From Planctomycetota bacterium (GTDB lineage: Bacteria > Planctomycetota > GCA-002687715 > CAIWVZ01): 64,000 bases of DNA. The stretch is from NCBI GenBank assembly GCA_044222185.1, contig JBGANV010000010.1:136554-200553 (forward strand), given 5' to 3'. Of this stretch, positions 18,986 through 28,039 are shown piece by piece. The notes beneath the pieces are model-generated. The model was not told the origin of the DNA. It did not search any database and saw only the letters and a list, made by a program, of their open reading frames with translations. A program made the translations under genes and the position numbers. Position 1 is the stretch's first letter. The number at the start of each line of letters is the position of its first letter.

Positions 18986-20608
18986 ATGATGGATCAGGAC
19001 TTAGCCTCAATCGCCGAGGCTCGCGCGCTGCTTCGGCGCACCCGCCAGGCATTCAACCAGTACCGGTCGTTCGACCAGGCTCGGGTCGACCGCATCGTCT
19101 ACGCGGCGGTCGAAGCCGGCTATCGGGCGTCTGAACGCCTCGCGCAGGTCGCCGTCGAGGAGACGGGCATCGGCCGTGTCGACGGCAAGACGGCGAAGAA
19201 CCGCTTCGCGACGCGAGGACTCTGGGCCGCGATCCGCGAACTCCGAACCTGCGGAATCCTGAACGAGGATTCCGAGCGAGGCGTCACCGAGGTGGCAGAC
19301 CCGTTCGGGATCGTCGCCGCGATCATCCCCACGACGAACCCCACGTCGACCGCGATGTTCAAGGCTCTCATCTGCCTGAAGTCGCGTAATGGAATGGTGG
19401 CCTCGCCACACCCGCGGTCCGTTCGGTGCGTGAACGAATCCGTTCGCGTGATTCACGAGGCCGCCGTCGAGGCAGGCGCGCCCCGCGACATCGTCGCGTG
19501 CATGACGAACGTCAGTCTCGAGGGAACCCAGGCGCTCATGCGCCACGAAGAGACCGACCTCATCCTCGCCACGGGTGGCTCGGGGCTCGTACGGGAAGCC
19601 TATTCGTCCGGCAAGCCGGCGTTCGGCGTGGGCCCCGGGAACGTGCCCGTCTACGTGGACCGTTCCGCCGACATCGCCTATTCGGCGCGCTGCTTCGTCG
19701 AGAGTCAGACGTTCGACAACGGCACGATCTGTTCTTCCGAGCAGGCGATCGTGTGCGACCGGCCCGTGAGCGACCGGCTCCTGGCAGAGCTTCGCGCACG
19801 AAAGTGTCACGTCTGCACTCCTGAAGAGGTCAAGCGGCTCGAAGCCATCGCGTTGAAGGGCAAGACGATGAACCCCGACATCGTGGGTCTTCACGCGAAC
19901 AAGGTCGCGGAAAAGGCCGGGTTCACCGTGCCCGGCGACACGACGGTGCTGATCGCCCCGACGTCCGGCGTCGGCTTCGCCCATCCGCTCTCACACGAGA
20001 AGCTCTGCCCCATGCTGGCCTTCTACGTCGTGGATGGTTGGGAGCAGGGCTGCCACCTCTGCCTGGACATCCTGGGATTCGGCGGATTGGGACACTCGAT
20101 CGGCCTTCACTGCGAGGACGAGTCGATCATCCGGCGGTTTGCCCTGGAGAAGCCCGTCAACCGCATCATTCTGAACAGCCCCACGTCGCAGGGCGCCGTC
20201 GGGTTCACGACGCGACTGTTCCCGTCCATGACGCTCGGATGCGGGTCCTTCGGGGGCAACATCACGTCGGACAACATCGGCCCTCAGCACCTCTTGAACA
20301 TCAAGCGGCTGGCGCGCGTTCGTCCCGAGTATCGCGACGGAACGATGACCGCCGAGTTCCCGCACCTGCCTCCGACTGGCGCGGCGGACCCCGTGACGAG
20401 TCCCTGGGACCCCGCCGATCGATTGGTCTCGCGGCCGGAGCCCGACCCCGCCGCGCCTCCCCGGCCGGCCCTCGCGAATCCGGCTCGCCCCTTTTCGCGC
20501 GACGTGCTTGCGGGCATCATTTCCGGACATTTGCGGGAGCGGGGGAGTCAGTTGGAGGGACGGGTCGATGGTCGTGATCCGCCCCGAAAGGGTCACGGCG
20601 GATGTTGA
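18986..20608 (+). CDS. Acylating aldehyde dehydrogenase (EutE/PduP/AdhE-N type) with C-terminal encapsulation-peptide-like extension
   Basis: IIPTTNPTST, ILATGG, GVGPGNVP, FDNGTICSSEQ (catalytic Cys), HEKLCP, SMTLGCGSFGGNITSDN; Pro-rich linker then helix FSRDVLAGIISGHLRER. Confidence 0.93.
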   Translation: MMDQDLASIAEARALLRRTRQAFNQYRSFDQARVDRIVYAAVEAGYRASERLAQVAVEETGIGRVDGKTAKNRFATRGLWAAIRELRTCGILNEDSERGVTEVADPFGIVAAIIPTTNPTSTAMFKALICLKSRNGMVASPHPRSVRCVNESVRVIHEAAVEAGAPRDIVACMTNVSLEGTQALMRHEETDLILATGGSGLVREAYSSGKPAFGVGPGNVPVYVDRSADIAYSARCFVESQTFDNGTICSSEQAIVCDRPVSDRLLAELRARKCHVCTPEEVKRLEAIALKGKTMNPDIVGLHANKVAEKAGFTVPGDTTVLIAPTSGVGFAHPLSHEKLCPMLAFYVVDGWEQGCHLCLDILGFGGLGHSIGLHCEDESIIRRFALEKPVNRIILNSPTSQGAVGFTTRLFPSMTLGCGSFGGNITSDNIGPQHLLNIKRLARVRPEYRDGTMTAEFPHLPPTGAADPVTSPWDPADRLVSRPEPDPAAPPRPALANPARPFSRDVLAGIISGHLRERGSQLEGRVDGRDPPRKGHGGC

Positions 20609-20651
20609 TCGTCGTGCAGACCGGAAGGTTCGAACCGAGGACTGAAGTTCT

Positions 20652-20945
20652 ATGAGCATGATTGCGCTTGGCATGGTCGAGACCCGCGGTCTCGTGGGTG
20701 CCGTCGAAGCCGCGGACGCCATGGTGAAGGCCGCCCAGGTCACGCTGATCGGCAAGGAGAAGATCGGTGGCGGTTTCGTCACGGTGATGGTTCGCGGCGA
20801 GGTCGGAGCCGTGAAGGCGGCGACCGATGCGGGCGCAGCTGCCGCGAAGCGTGTCGGCGAGCTCGTTTCGGTCCACGTCATTCCCCGTCCGCACGACCAG
20901 GTCGAATCGATCCTTCCGTCCGCGCCGGCCCGCGACGAAGGCTGA
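20652..20945 (+). CDS. Microcompartment shell hexamer BMC-H (EutM/PduA-like)
   Basis: [24 protein letters not shown]...[15 protein letters not shown]...VHVIPRPH. Confidence 0.97.
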   Translation: MSMIALGMVETRGLVGAVEAADAMVKAAQVTLIGKEKIGGGFVTVMVRGEVGAVKAATDAGAAAAKRVGELVSVHVIPRPHDQVESILPSAPARDEG

Positions 20946-20989
20946 TGGGAGCGCAGGCACTCCTGCCCGCGCACCCGAGTCACTGAATC

Positions 20990-21616
20990 ATGGCCGACAT
21001 CGAACTCCGCACGTTCGTCTTCCTCGACAGCATGCAGCCGCAGTTCGCGTCGTTCGTAGGCACGACGTCGCGTGGCTATCTGCCGGTCGAATATCAAGCT
21101 GCCTTGTTCGTCGAGATCGCCCCCGGCATCGCGATCAACAAGGTGACTGACGTCGCACTGAAGAAGAACGACGTGCAGCCCGGCGTCCAGGTCGTCGAGC
21201 GGGCCTATGGTCTGCTCGAGGTCCACGCCGACAGTCAAGCCGAGGTCATCTCGGCCGGCGAGAACATCCTCCAATCGCTTGGACTCAAGCGCGAGGATCG
21301 TTTGAAGCCCAAGGTGATGTCGTCGCAGATCATCACCAACATCGATCCTTACCAGGCGCAGCTCATCAACCGCATTCGCTTCGGCAACATGATCCTCGGA
21401 GGGGACACGCTGTACATCCTCGAGGTTCATCCCGCTGGATACGCGACGGTGGCTGCGAACGAAGCCGAGAAGGCTTCACCCATCAGCCTCATCGAGATGC
21501 AGATGTTCGGCGCCTACGGCCGCCTGTATCTCGGGGGGACCGAGGCTGAGATCGAGGAGGCGGCAGCCGCCGTCCTCCACGCCCTCGATTCGATCGACGG
21601 GCGTCCCAACAAGTGA
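20990..21616 (+). CDS. Shell trimer BMC-T, stacked double-layer type (CcmP / Haliangium BMC-T2-like)
   Basis: ELRTFVFLDSMQPQFA, EIAPGIAIN, QVVERAYGLLEVH, RLKPKV, PAGYATVAANEAEKA, GAYGRLYL. Confidence 0.92.
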   Translation: MADIELRTFVFLDSMQPQFASFVGTTSRGYLPVEYQAALFVEIAPGIAINKVTDVALKKNDVQPGVQVVERAYGLLEVHADSQAEVISAGENILQSLGLKREDRLKPKVMSSQIITNIDPYQAQLINRIRFGNMILGGDTLYILEVHPAGYATVAANEAEKASPISLIEMQMFGAYGRLYLGGTEAEIEEAAAAVLHALDSIDGRPNK

Positions 21617-21628
21617 AGGGACGAGAAC

Positions 21629-23152
21629 GTGTTTGTCGGAACAGTCAGATGTGAGATCGAAGTCGGAAAGGCCTCCCAGGCGTTCCGCGGCTTCCGGCTC
21701 CTCCTCGTGGAGCCCGAGCACAAGGTCGATTGGGATGGACCCGTGGTCGCGGTTGATACGGTGCAGGCCAACGTCGGCGACATGGTCGTCGTCGCGCTCG
21801 CACCATTCGGCACGGGCCTCAACATCCCCGCGGATCTTCCGGTCGAGGCCGCGACGGTCGCGATCGTGAAGTCACTGTCGGGTACGCCGGCCGCTGCGCC
21901 GGCCCAGCGTCACGGCACGCCTCCGCCCGCGGCGCCCGCCCGTTCGCCGGACGGACCGCCGCGTCCGGAGCGCGCACCGGACGCGCCCCGGGGTGAGCGC
22001 GAGCCCGCGTTGCCGAGCCACATTCGGGACCTGATGGAAACCGCTCGGCCCGCCGCGCCACGCGATGCGGACGAGGGCGGTGCGCGGTTCGCCGACGAGG
22101 GACCGGGTGGTCCCCGTCGTCGCCGCCGCCGTCGCGGAGGTCGTGGGGGTCGCGGCCACGAGGACGGGTTCGAAGGCGGGCCCGAGTCCGAGGGCCAGGA
22201 CGACGTGGCGTTCGCCGAGCCCGCCGACGAGCCGCGGAGCGGCGACGTACGCGAGCCCGTGGATGCACCGCCGGCCGCATTGCCGCCGCGCGACGATCGC
22301 GGTCACGGTCGTCGTGACGACCGCAGGCCACGCGATGATCGCGGCCCTCGCGAAGACCGTCCGATGCGCGACGATCGCGGCCCGCGTGAAGATCGCCCCA
22401 TGCGTGAGGATCGCCCGGCACGCGACGAACGCCCCATGCGTGACGAACGCCCCATGCGTGACGAACGCCCCATGCGTGACGAACGCCCCATGCGTGACGA
22501 ACGCCCCCCGCGTGACGAACGCCCCCCGCGTGACGAACGCCCCGCGCGTGAGGAACGCCCCGCGCGTGAGGAACGCCCCGCGCGTGAGGAACGCCCCGCG
22601 CGTGAGGAACGCCCCGCGCGTGAGGAGCGCGGCCCGCGCGACGATCGCCCCATGCGGGACGACCGTCCAGCGCGCGACGACCGTCATCAAAGGGACGATC
22701 GCACGCGGGATGAACCCCGTGGTCCGCGCGAGGATCGCCCGCAACGCGACGAGCGCGGACCTCGAGAAGACCGGGGCCCGCGCGGCGAGGATCGGCCCCG
22801 CCGTGACGACGGTCACCGCCATCACGGCGGACAAGATCGCGGCCCCCATGGCGAACCCCGTCCGCCCCGCGAGCCTCGCGAGCCGCTGCGCCCCGAGCGT
22901 CGCGAGCCGGCGTCGCCGGTGAGCGAGGCGAAGGCCATCGAGGGTTTCGACGCGCCCGCCGAACGCAAGCCAGCTCGCCAGGAGCCGTCGGGCGATCGTG
23001 GTGCGCGCCGGCCTGCGGGCGAGTCTTCCGCCGTGGTGTGGGACGCGTCGCCCGGTCCCGTCGGCGGCTTCGAGATCGCCGAGGACGTCGCGCTGACGTC
23101 GACCTCCGGCATCAAACGCCCCGTGAAGCGTCGCGGAGGCCTGCGTAAGTGA
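21629..23152 (+). CDS. Divergent BMC-P (EutN/CcmL) vertex protein fused to a ~420-aa low-complexity tail
   Basis: First ~85 aa follow the EutN pattern (MFVGTV...FRLLLVEP...VVAVDTVQANVGDMVVV...PVEAATVAIV). The rest is R/D/E/P/G-rich. Lies between two BMC-T genes. Confidence 0.8.
   Translation: MFVGTVRCEIEVGKASQAFRGFRLLLVEPEHKVDWDGPVVAVDTVQANVGDMVVVALAPFGTGLNIPADLPVEAATVAIVKSLSGTPAAAPAQRHGTPPPAAPARSPDGPPRPERAPDAPRGEREPALPSHIRDLMETARPAAPRDADEGGARFADEGPGGPRRRRRRRGGRGGRGHEDGFEGGPESEGQDDVAFAEPADEPRSGDVREPVDAPPAALPPRDDRGHGRRDDRRPRDDRGPREDRPMRDDRGPREDRPMREDRPARDERPMRDERPMRDERPMRDERPMRDERPPRDERPPRDERPAREERPAREERPAREERPAREERPAREERGPRDDRPMRDDRPARDDRHQRDDRTRDEPRGPREDRPQRDERGPREDRGPRGEDRPRRDDGHRHHGGQDRGPHGEPRPPREPREPLRPERREPASPVSEAKAIEGFDAPAERKPARQEPSGDRGARRPAGESSAVVWDASPGPVGGFEIAEDVALTSTSGIKRPVKRRGGLRK
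22421..22654 (+). repeat. In-frame 18-bp tandem repeat (R[DE]ERP[MPA]), 11 near-perfect units plus degenerate flanking units
   Basis: cgtgacgaacgccccatg / ...ccg / cgtgaggaacgccccgcg units. Degenerate units extend over about 22310-22810. Confidence 0.95.
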
Positions 23153-23751
23153 GATCGGCGACGGGCAGCGGATCGAGCCCACTCGGCGCCGTCGAGTGGG
23201 ACAGCGTGGCGCGCGGGATCCAATCCGCCGATGCCCTGCTGAAGGCCGCGCCCGTCACGCCCCTTCTCATGCGACCGATCACGCCTGGGCGCTACCTGGC
23301 GCTCTTCACCGGCGAGGTCGAGGCCGTGCGTGCGTCCGTGGCGCGCGCCCTCGAGACCGGTGGCGAAAGCGTGATCGACCACCTCGTCCTGCCGAATCCG
23401 CACTCCGGGTTGTGGCTCGCGCTCGGTGCCCGCGGGCAGGATGGCGCGTTGTCGGCCGTCGGCGTGATCGAAACGCTCACGGTCTGCTCGCTGATCCTCG
23501 CCGCCGACACCGCGGCGAAGACCGGCGAGGTTCGCCTCCATGAAATCCGCCTCGCCATGGGCCTGGGCGGCAAGGCCTTCGTCGTGCTCACCGGCGAGGT
23601 CTCCAACGTCGAGGCGGCCGTTCAGCGCGGGGCCGACCTCGCGCGAGCGCGAGGATTCCTGTTGAGCTCGGTCGTGATTCCCAATCCGGATCCCACGACC
23701 GTCGACTTCCTGTCTCGGCCGCCGTCACCCTTCCGTGACTTCGTGGTCTGA
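23149..23751 (+). CDS. Shell trimer BMC-T, single-layer type (PduT / Haliangium BMC-T1-like)
   Basis: LGAVEWDSVARGIQSADALLKAA...PGRYL...AVGVIET...AADTAAK...IRLAMGLGGKAFVVLTGEVSNVEAAV...VIPNP. Confidence 0.92.
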   Translation: MRSATGSGSSPLGAVEWDSVARGIQSADALLKAAPVTPLLMRPITPGRYLALFTGEVEAVRASVARALETGGESVIDHLVLPNPHSGLWLALGARGQDGALSAVGVIETLTVCSLILAADTAAKTGEVRLHEIRLAMGLGGKAFVVLTGEVSNVEAAVQRGADLARARGFLLSSVVIPNPDPTTVDFLSRPPSPFRDFVV

Positions 23752-23785
23752 GCCAAACGAAACCACCATCGCAGAGGGTCAACGC

Positions 23786-24082
23786 ATGCCGCGCGGCTTC
23801 GACATCTTCAAGAAACCCGAGACGCCGAAGGAAGTGCCCGAGTCGGCTCCGAAGGAGACCTACTCCTGGTTCGGGCCGCCCGACACGACGGAACGGTTCC
23901 GATTCGCGATCGTTCGCGAGTCAGGCGACCAGGTCTCCCTGCAACCGGGGATGGTCAAGTTCAAGAAGGGCCTGACCTGCCTCCGCTGGAGCGCGGCCGA
24001 GGCCGGCGAGTCCGAGCTCTACATGGTCTTGAAGACGACGCCGACGCGCATCGACCTCCAGCGCGCGAAGAAGAAGGCCTGA
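23786..24082 (+). CDS. Hypothetical protein at the end of the BMC operon
   Basis: GAGG then ATG at 23786; typical codon usage; no family recognised. Confidence 0.75.
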   Translation: MPRGFDIFKKPETPKEVPESAPKETYSWFGPPDTTERFRFAIVRESGDQVSLQPGMVKFKKGLTCLRWSAAEAGESELYMVLKTTPTRIDLQRAKKKA

Positions 24083-24116
24083 TCGCGCGTGCGGCGCGCC
24101 GCCTGCGCGCCGCCGC

Positions 24117-24542
24117 TCAGAGCGCCGCCCGCACCTGGTCGTAGCTCTTTCCGTCGCGTGCGATCGGCAGATCGCACTGCGCCCAGCCCTTGGCCACGCC
24201 GAAGGGGCCGCGCATTCCGTTGAAGCCACCGGCGACGTTCGACAGGTCCGTGAAACCCTCGGCGGCGAGGATGGTGCACGCCTGCCGGCTCCGTCCGCCG
24301 GACGCGCAACCCACGACGAGCTTCTGCGCCTTCGCGAACACTCGCGTGATGACCGGCACGAAATCCGGATTGGGGGCCATCCGCCCCATGGCGTCGAACT
24401 CGGCCAGGGGGACGTTGACGGCTCGCGGTGGGTGTCCCTGGGCGAATTCCGCCGAGCTGCGGACATCCAGGTAGATGGCGGTCGGATCGTCGGTGAGCAG
24501 CGCGTGCGCCTCCGGCGGCGTCAGGTCCTTCGGTGCTTGCAT
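24117..24542 (-). CDS. Single-domain rhodanese-like protein
   Basis: YLDVRSSAEFAQGHP..AVNVP, active loop GCASGGRS, NVAGGF. Confidence 0.9.
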   Translation of the reverse strand: MQAPKDLTPPEAHALLTDDPTAIYLDVRSSAEFAQGHPPRAVNVPLAEFDAMGRMAPNPDFVPVITRVFAKAQKLVVGCASGGRSRQACTILAAEGFTDLSNVAGGFNGMRGPFGVAKGWAQCDLPIARDGKSYDQVRAAL

Positions 24543-24720
24543 GGTCGCGAATCCTTGGGAGGCCGGATGATACGCGCACGTACCCAGGATCACAGCGCGG
24601 CGTTGGCGCGGGCTGCGTCCGGCGGTGCTGCGGTAGAGTCGCTGACTCCCAAGGATTTGCGACACGGGACGTGGAACTCGGGAACGCACGTGCGGAACCC
24701 GCGTCCAAGGAGCCGTCAGA

Positions 24721-25326
24721 GTGTCTTCTTCTGAGCCGAAAACCGACTGGCAACTGATCAAACGGGTCGTCGATGACGGTGATCTCACCGCCTTCGACGC
24801 ACTGGTCGATCGTTACCAGGACCGGATCTTCGGTGTGATCTCGAGGCTCGTCTCCGACGTGGAGCGAGGGCGGGATCTCACGCAGGAGACATTCCTCAAG
24901 GCATTCAGAGGTTTGCGGGGCTTCACGGGAGACGCTGCCTTCTATACCTGGCTCTATCGCATCGCTCGGAACGTCGTCACCTCGGCCGGCCGATACGATC
25001 GTGCTCGCCCGGTGGTGGCCGTCTCCCTGGATGCGCCCACATCGAGCGGACGTGAAGACAGCGCCCGGATCGACCCGCCCGCGACCGGAGGCGACCCGGT
25101 GGAGAGACTGCTCGAAGACGAACGACGCGCGATGGTCCTGGCGGCCGTGGCCGAACTCCAGCTCGACTTTCGCGAGGTGCTGGTCCTGCGTGACTTCGAA
25201 GACCGCTCATACGAGGAGATCGCCGAGCTGCTCGAGATCCCGGTGGGGACCGTGCGCTCGAGGCTCCACCGCGCACGCGCCGACCTGAAGGAGCGACTGC
25301 GTCCGCTGCTTGCAAACCCACGATGA
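24721..25326 (+). CDS. ECF sigma factor (RpoE/SigW-like)
   Basis: AFDALVDRYQ, DLTQETFLKA, FYTWLYRIARN, SYEEIAELLEIPVGTVRSRLHRAR. Confidence 0.93.
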   Translation: MSSSEPKTDWQLIKRVVDDGDLTAFDALVDRYQDRIFGVISRLVSDVERGRDLTQETFLKAFRGLRGFTGDAAFYTWLYRIARNVVTSAGRYDRARPVVAVSLDAPTSSGREDSARIDPPATGGDPVERLLEDERRAMVLAAVAELQLDFREVLVLRDFEDRSYEEIAELLEIPVGTVRSRLHRARADLKERLRPLLANPR

Positions 25327-27113
25327 CGTTCATGACACACGACTGCACAAGAATTCGCGAGTGCTTGCAAGACGCGCTCGACGACCGCCTCGACCGCGAA
25401 GCGCGCGCCGACTTCGAGCGGCACGTCGCACATTGCGTCGGGTGTGCGAGCGAGTGGGATGGGTTCCGCTCCATGCGTGCCACCATGCGCGCGCTCGGCC
25501 TGCCGAAAGCGCCCGCGGGTCTGCGCGAATCGATCGCGTCCGCCGTGCGAGCGGAGATCTCGGGTGATCTACCGCGACCCCGGCAGTCGGCGAAAGTCCA
25601 CCGATTCCTTCAGTGGTCGCGTCACTTCGCGGTCGCAGCGTCGGTGATCCTCGTCGTCACACTCGGTTGGATCGCCGTCGAGCAGCGTCGGCAGGAGGCG
25701 ACGGGTCCGGCTGCGACGAGCGAAGGGCTGGCGGTCGCCGAGAAGTCTGTCGCCCCAATCGACAAGTCGAAAGCAAGGAGCCTCGAGGCCAAGCCAGACG
25801 AGGAATTGCGTAAGGCACCCGCGAAACCGAGCGCGCCGGTGGTCGATGCCGGACCGGCCGCAACACCGACCGCTCAGCCGAAACGAGGCGAGCCCGAGGG
25901 CGAAGCAGTCCTGGTACTCAAGAATCCGAATGGCTCGGGCGTGGAGGACCGCCTCGGCGCAAAGGACAAGTCGGCGGCCGGCGACACTTCCTCCGGTGAG
26001 TTCAACGCTCCTGCGGCGGAAGGCGCCGCACCGCCGGCCCAGGTCCTCTCCGGACGCGACCCGTGGAGGGACGTGTCGGGGGGCGATCTTCCGAATCTGG
26101 CGGGTCTCCATTTCGACCGAAAAGAAGATGCGTCGGTCGCGATGTTCCTCACGAGCCTGGACCTGAACGTGCACGAGTTCGCCGTCCAGGTCCCGCTCAA
26201 CGTTCAGACGACGGTCGACGCGTTCACGGTCGACCTGGACGAAGCGCTCGACCACCTGAGCGATCACGTCTCCGCCGCCGCGCCCGCGGAGCGCGCGAAG
26301 ACTCGGGGCTCGACTTCCGGCCCTGGCGGCGAAGTCGTGCGCCGCAGCCCGGCGGAGCCCCGCAGTGCCCCGGGCGTGGGCGGACCCGAGGGCAAGTCGC
26401 CGTCGAAGGGAGACAAAGGCGTCGGCTCTCCGCGTGGCCTCGCACCCGGCGCTGCAGCGCCGGGTGGTGGCGGCGGCACCGCCAAGTCCAATCCGTCTCC
26501 GTCGCGCGGCGGCCGTGCGTCCCCGCAGGCGGGTGGCGCGAGGAACGAGCCGCAGCCGGACCCCAAGCCTGATGCGGATCGGTCCGTCGTCACGGCTGGC
26601 CTGGCTCCGAGCCGCGACGACGGCATGACGCCGGGCCCCGAGATTGCGCCGGCGTTCTACCTCGTCACGGGCGCTCAGGCGATCGCCAAGGTCGGCCGCC
26701 TCCTCGAGCGGAACGGCTTCCGCGCTCGCGAGATCCAACTCCGAACGATCGACGGTGGGGCACCGTCTGCCGAGTCGAGAATGAAGAAGTCGAGCGAGGT
26801 CGGATTCCAGGTCGTGCGTGCGGCCGATGCGGCGGGGTTGGCGCCCGGGAAGAAGTACCGCGTGGTCGAGCTCGATCTACAGCGGTCGCAGGTGAATCCG
26901 TTCATCGGGGACCTGGAATCCGTTGAAGGGATCCGCCTCGCGCCCGTGGGACGTCGTGTCGACCCCGCCGCGCCGACGGACCCGGAGCCCACCGACGCTC
27001 GCCGCGCTGCTCCGGATGCGGCGCGCCACGCGAAGGCCGACGATCCTGAACGCACCGCCACTCAGGCGACACCCGCCACGACGACGCTTCGGCTGGTCAT
27101 TCTCGAGCCCTGA
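25323..27113 (+). CDS. Zinc-binding (ZAS/zf-HC2) membrane anti-sigma factor with long low-complexity extracytoplasmic part
   Basis: HDC...HVAHCVGC (HxxxCxxC), one TM helix, ATGA-coupled to the sigma gene. Confidence 0.85.
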   Translation: MTFMTHDCTRIRECLQDALDDRLDREARADFERHVAHCVGCASEWDGFRSMRATMRALGLPKAPAGLRESIASAVRAEISGDLPRPRQSAKVHRFLQWSRHFAVAASVILVVTLGWIAVEQRRQEATGPAATSEGLAVAEKSVAPIDKSKARSLEAKPDEELRKAPAKPSAPVVDAGPAATPTAQPKRGEPEGEAVLVLKNPNGSGVEDRLGAKDKSAAGDTSSGEFNAPAAEGAAPPAQVLSGRDPWRDVSGGDLPNLAGLHFDRKEDASVAMFLTSLDLNVHEFAVQVPLNVQTTVDAFTVDLDEALDHLSDHVSAAAPAERAKTRGSTSGPGGEVVRRSPAEPRSAPGVGGPEGKSPSKGDKGVGSPRGLAPGAAAPGGGGGTAKSNPSPSRGGRASPQAGGARNEPQPDPKPDADRSVVTAGLAPSRDDGMTPGPEIAPAFYLVTGAQAIAKVGRLLERNGFRAREIQLRTIDGGAPSAESRMKKSSEVGFQVVRAADAAGLAPGKKYRVVELDLQRSQVNPFIGDLESVEGIRLAPVGRRVDPAAPTDPEPTDARRAAPDAARHAKADDPERTATQATPATTTLRLVILEP

Positions 27114-27364
27114 CGGCGCCCTCCGTTGCGTGAAGGGGTTCGGCCCGCACCCCTCGGGGCTATCATCCGCCCGTGTCTCCGTACCCGTCGAAGGCAGTTC
27201 GGCAGAAAAGTTCTCAGGCCGGCGGGGCTCTTTGCCGAAATGAAACGGTGCATTCGGGAAAAGGGGCCCCCGCCGAGGCGCCGGACCGGTCGCGTGTCGA
27301 TCGGGAGGCGCACACGGTGACTGGGCCGTGCCACCGTGCCGCCCGTCAACCGAGGACATAGGCG

Positions 27365-28006
27365 ATGAAACGAAGTCCAGCCGACGAAACCCAAACCCAG
27401 ACCGAACCGATCCTCGAGACCCGTACGATCACCGAAGAAATCGGTGCGGACGCGCGTGCTCTCATCCGTCAGCGCCGAGGCGCGGAAGTCCGACGCAAGT
27501 ACGACTTCTCGGTGATCCGCACTCTTCGCCATCAGAAGGGCCTGACCATCGAGAAGTTCGCGAAGGTCTGCGGGTTGTCCTACGCGCCGATCTCGCGCAT
27601 CGAGACCAACCTGATCAAGCCCAACCTCGACACGCTCGACAAGATCGCCGAGGGCCTTGGGATCACGACCCACAGCCTGGTCGCGCTTGCCGAGAAGCGA
27701 GAGGCCGAGCTTCAGCGCACGGCTGAGCGCAGGGTCGGCGGATTTACCTTCCGCACCGTGTCCTACGAGGGCATCGAGATCCAACACGCCTCGGCGAAGA
27801 AGGGCACGGCGACGGTCGACACGGAGTTCCAGGGGCAGAACGTCGCCTCGGTCGTCGTGAAGTCCGGCCTCCTTCAGATCCGCCTGAACGACAAGCAATA
27901 CAAGCTTGCCGCCGGCGAGTCGCTGCACTTCGAGGGGTCGTGCAACCACCGCCTCACCGCGCTCGAGGACGTCGAGCTCATGTTCGTCCTCCACCCGCGC
28001 CGGTGA
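27365..28006 (+). CDS. XRE-family HTH regulator with C-terminal cupin
   Basis: IRTLRHQKGLTIEKFA...ISRIETNLIKPNLDTLDKIAEGLG; cupin LAAGESLHFEGSCNH. Confidence 0.88.
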   Translation: MKRSPADETQTQTEPILETRTITEEIGADARALIRQRRGAEVRRKYDFSVIRTLRHQKGLTIEKFAKVCGLSYAPISRIETNLIKPNLDTLDKIAEGLGITTHSLVALAEKREAELQRTAERRVGGFTFRTVSYEGIEIQHASAKKGTATVDTEFQGQNVASVVVKSGLLQIRLNDKQYKLAAGESLHFEGSCNHRLTALEDVELMFVLHPRR

Positions 28007-28039
28007 TCCCGATCGGAGCCGCCGCCCGCGGCTCCGGCG

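Noticed and set aside
22421-22654. 18-bp repeats as a CRISPR array
   Set aside because: Contiguous in-frame coding repeats with no unique spacers and no cas genes.
27198-27239. TTCGGCAGA/TTTGCCGAA inverted repeat as the XRE operator
   Set aside because: A single imperfect 9-bp pair with a long spacer; too weak to support.
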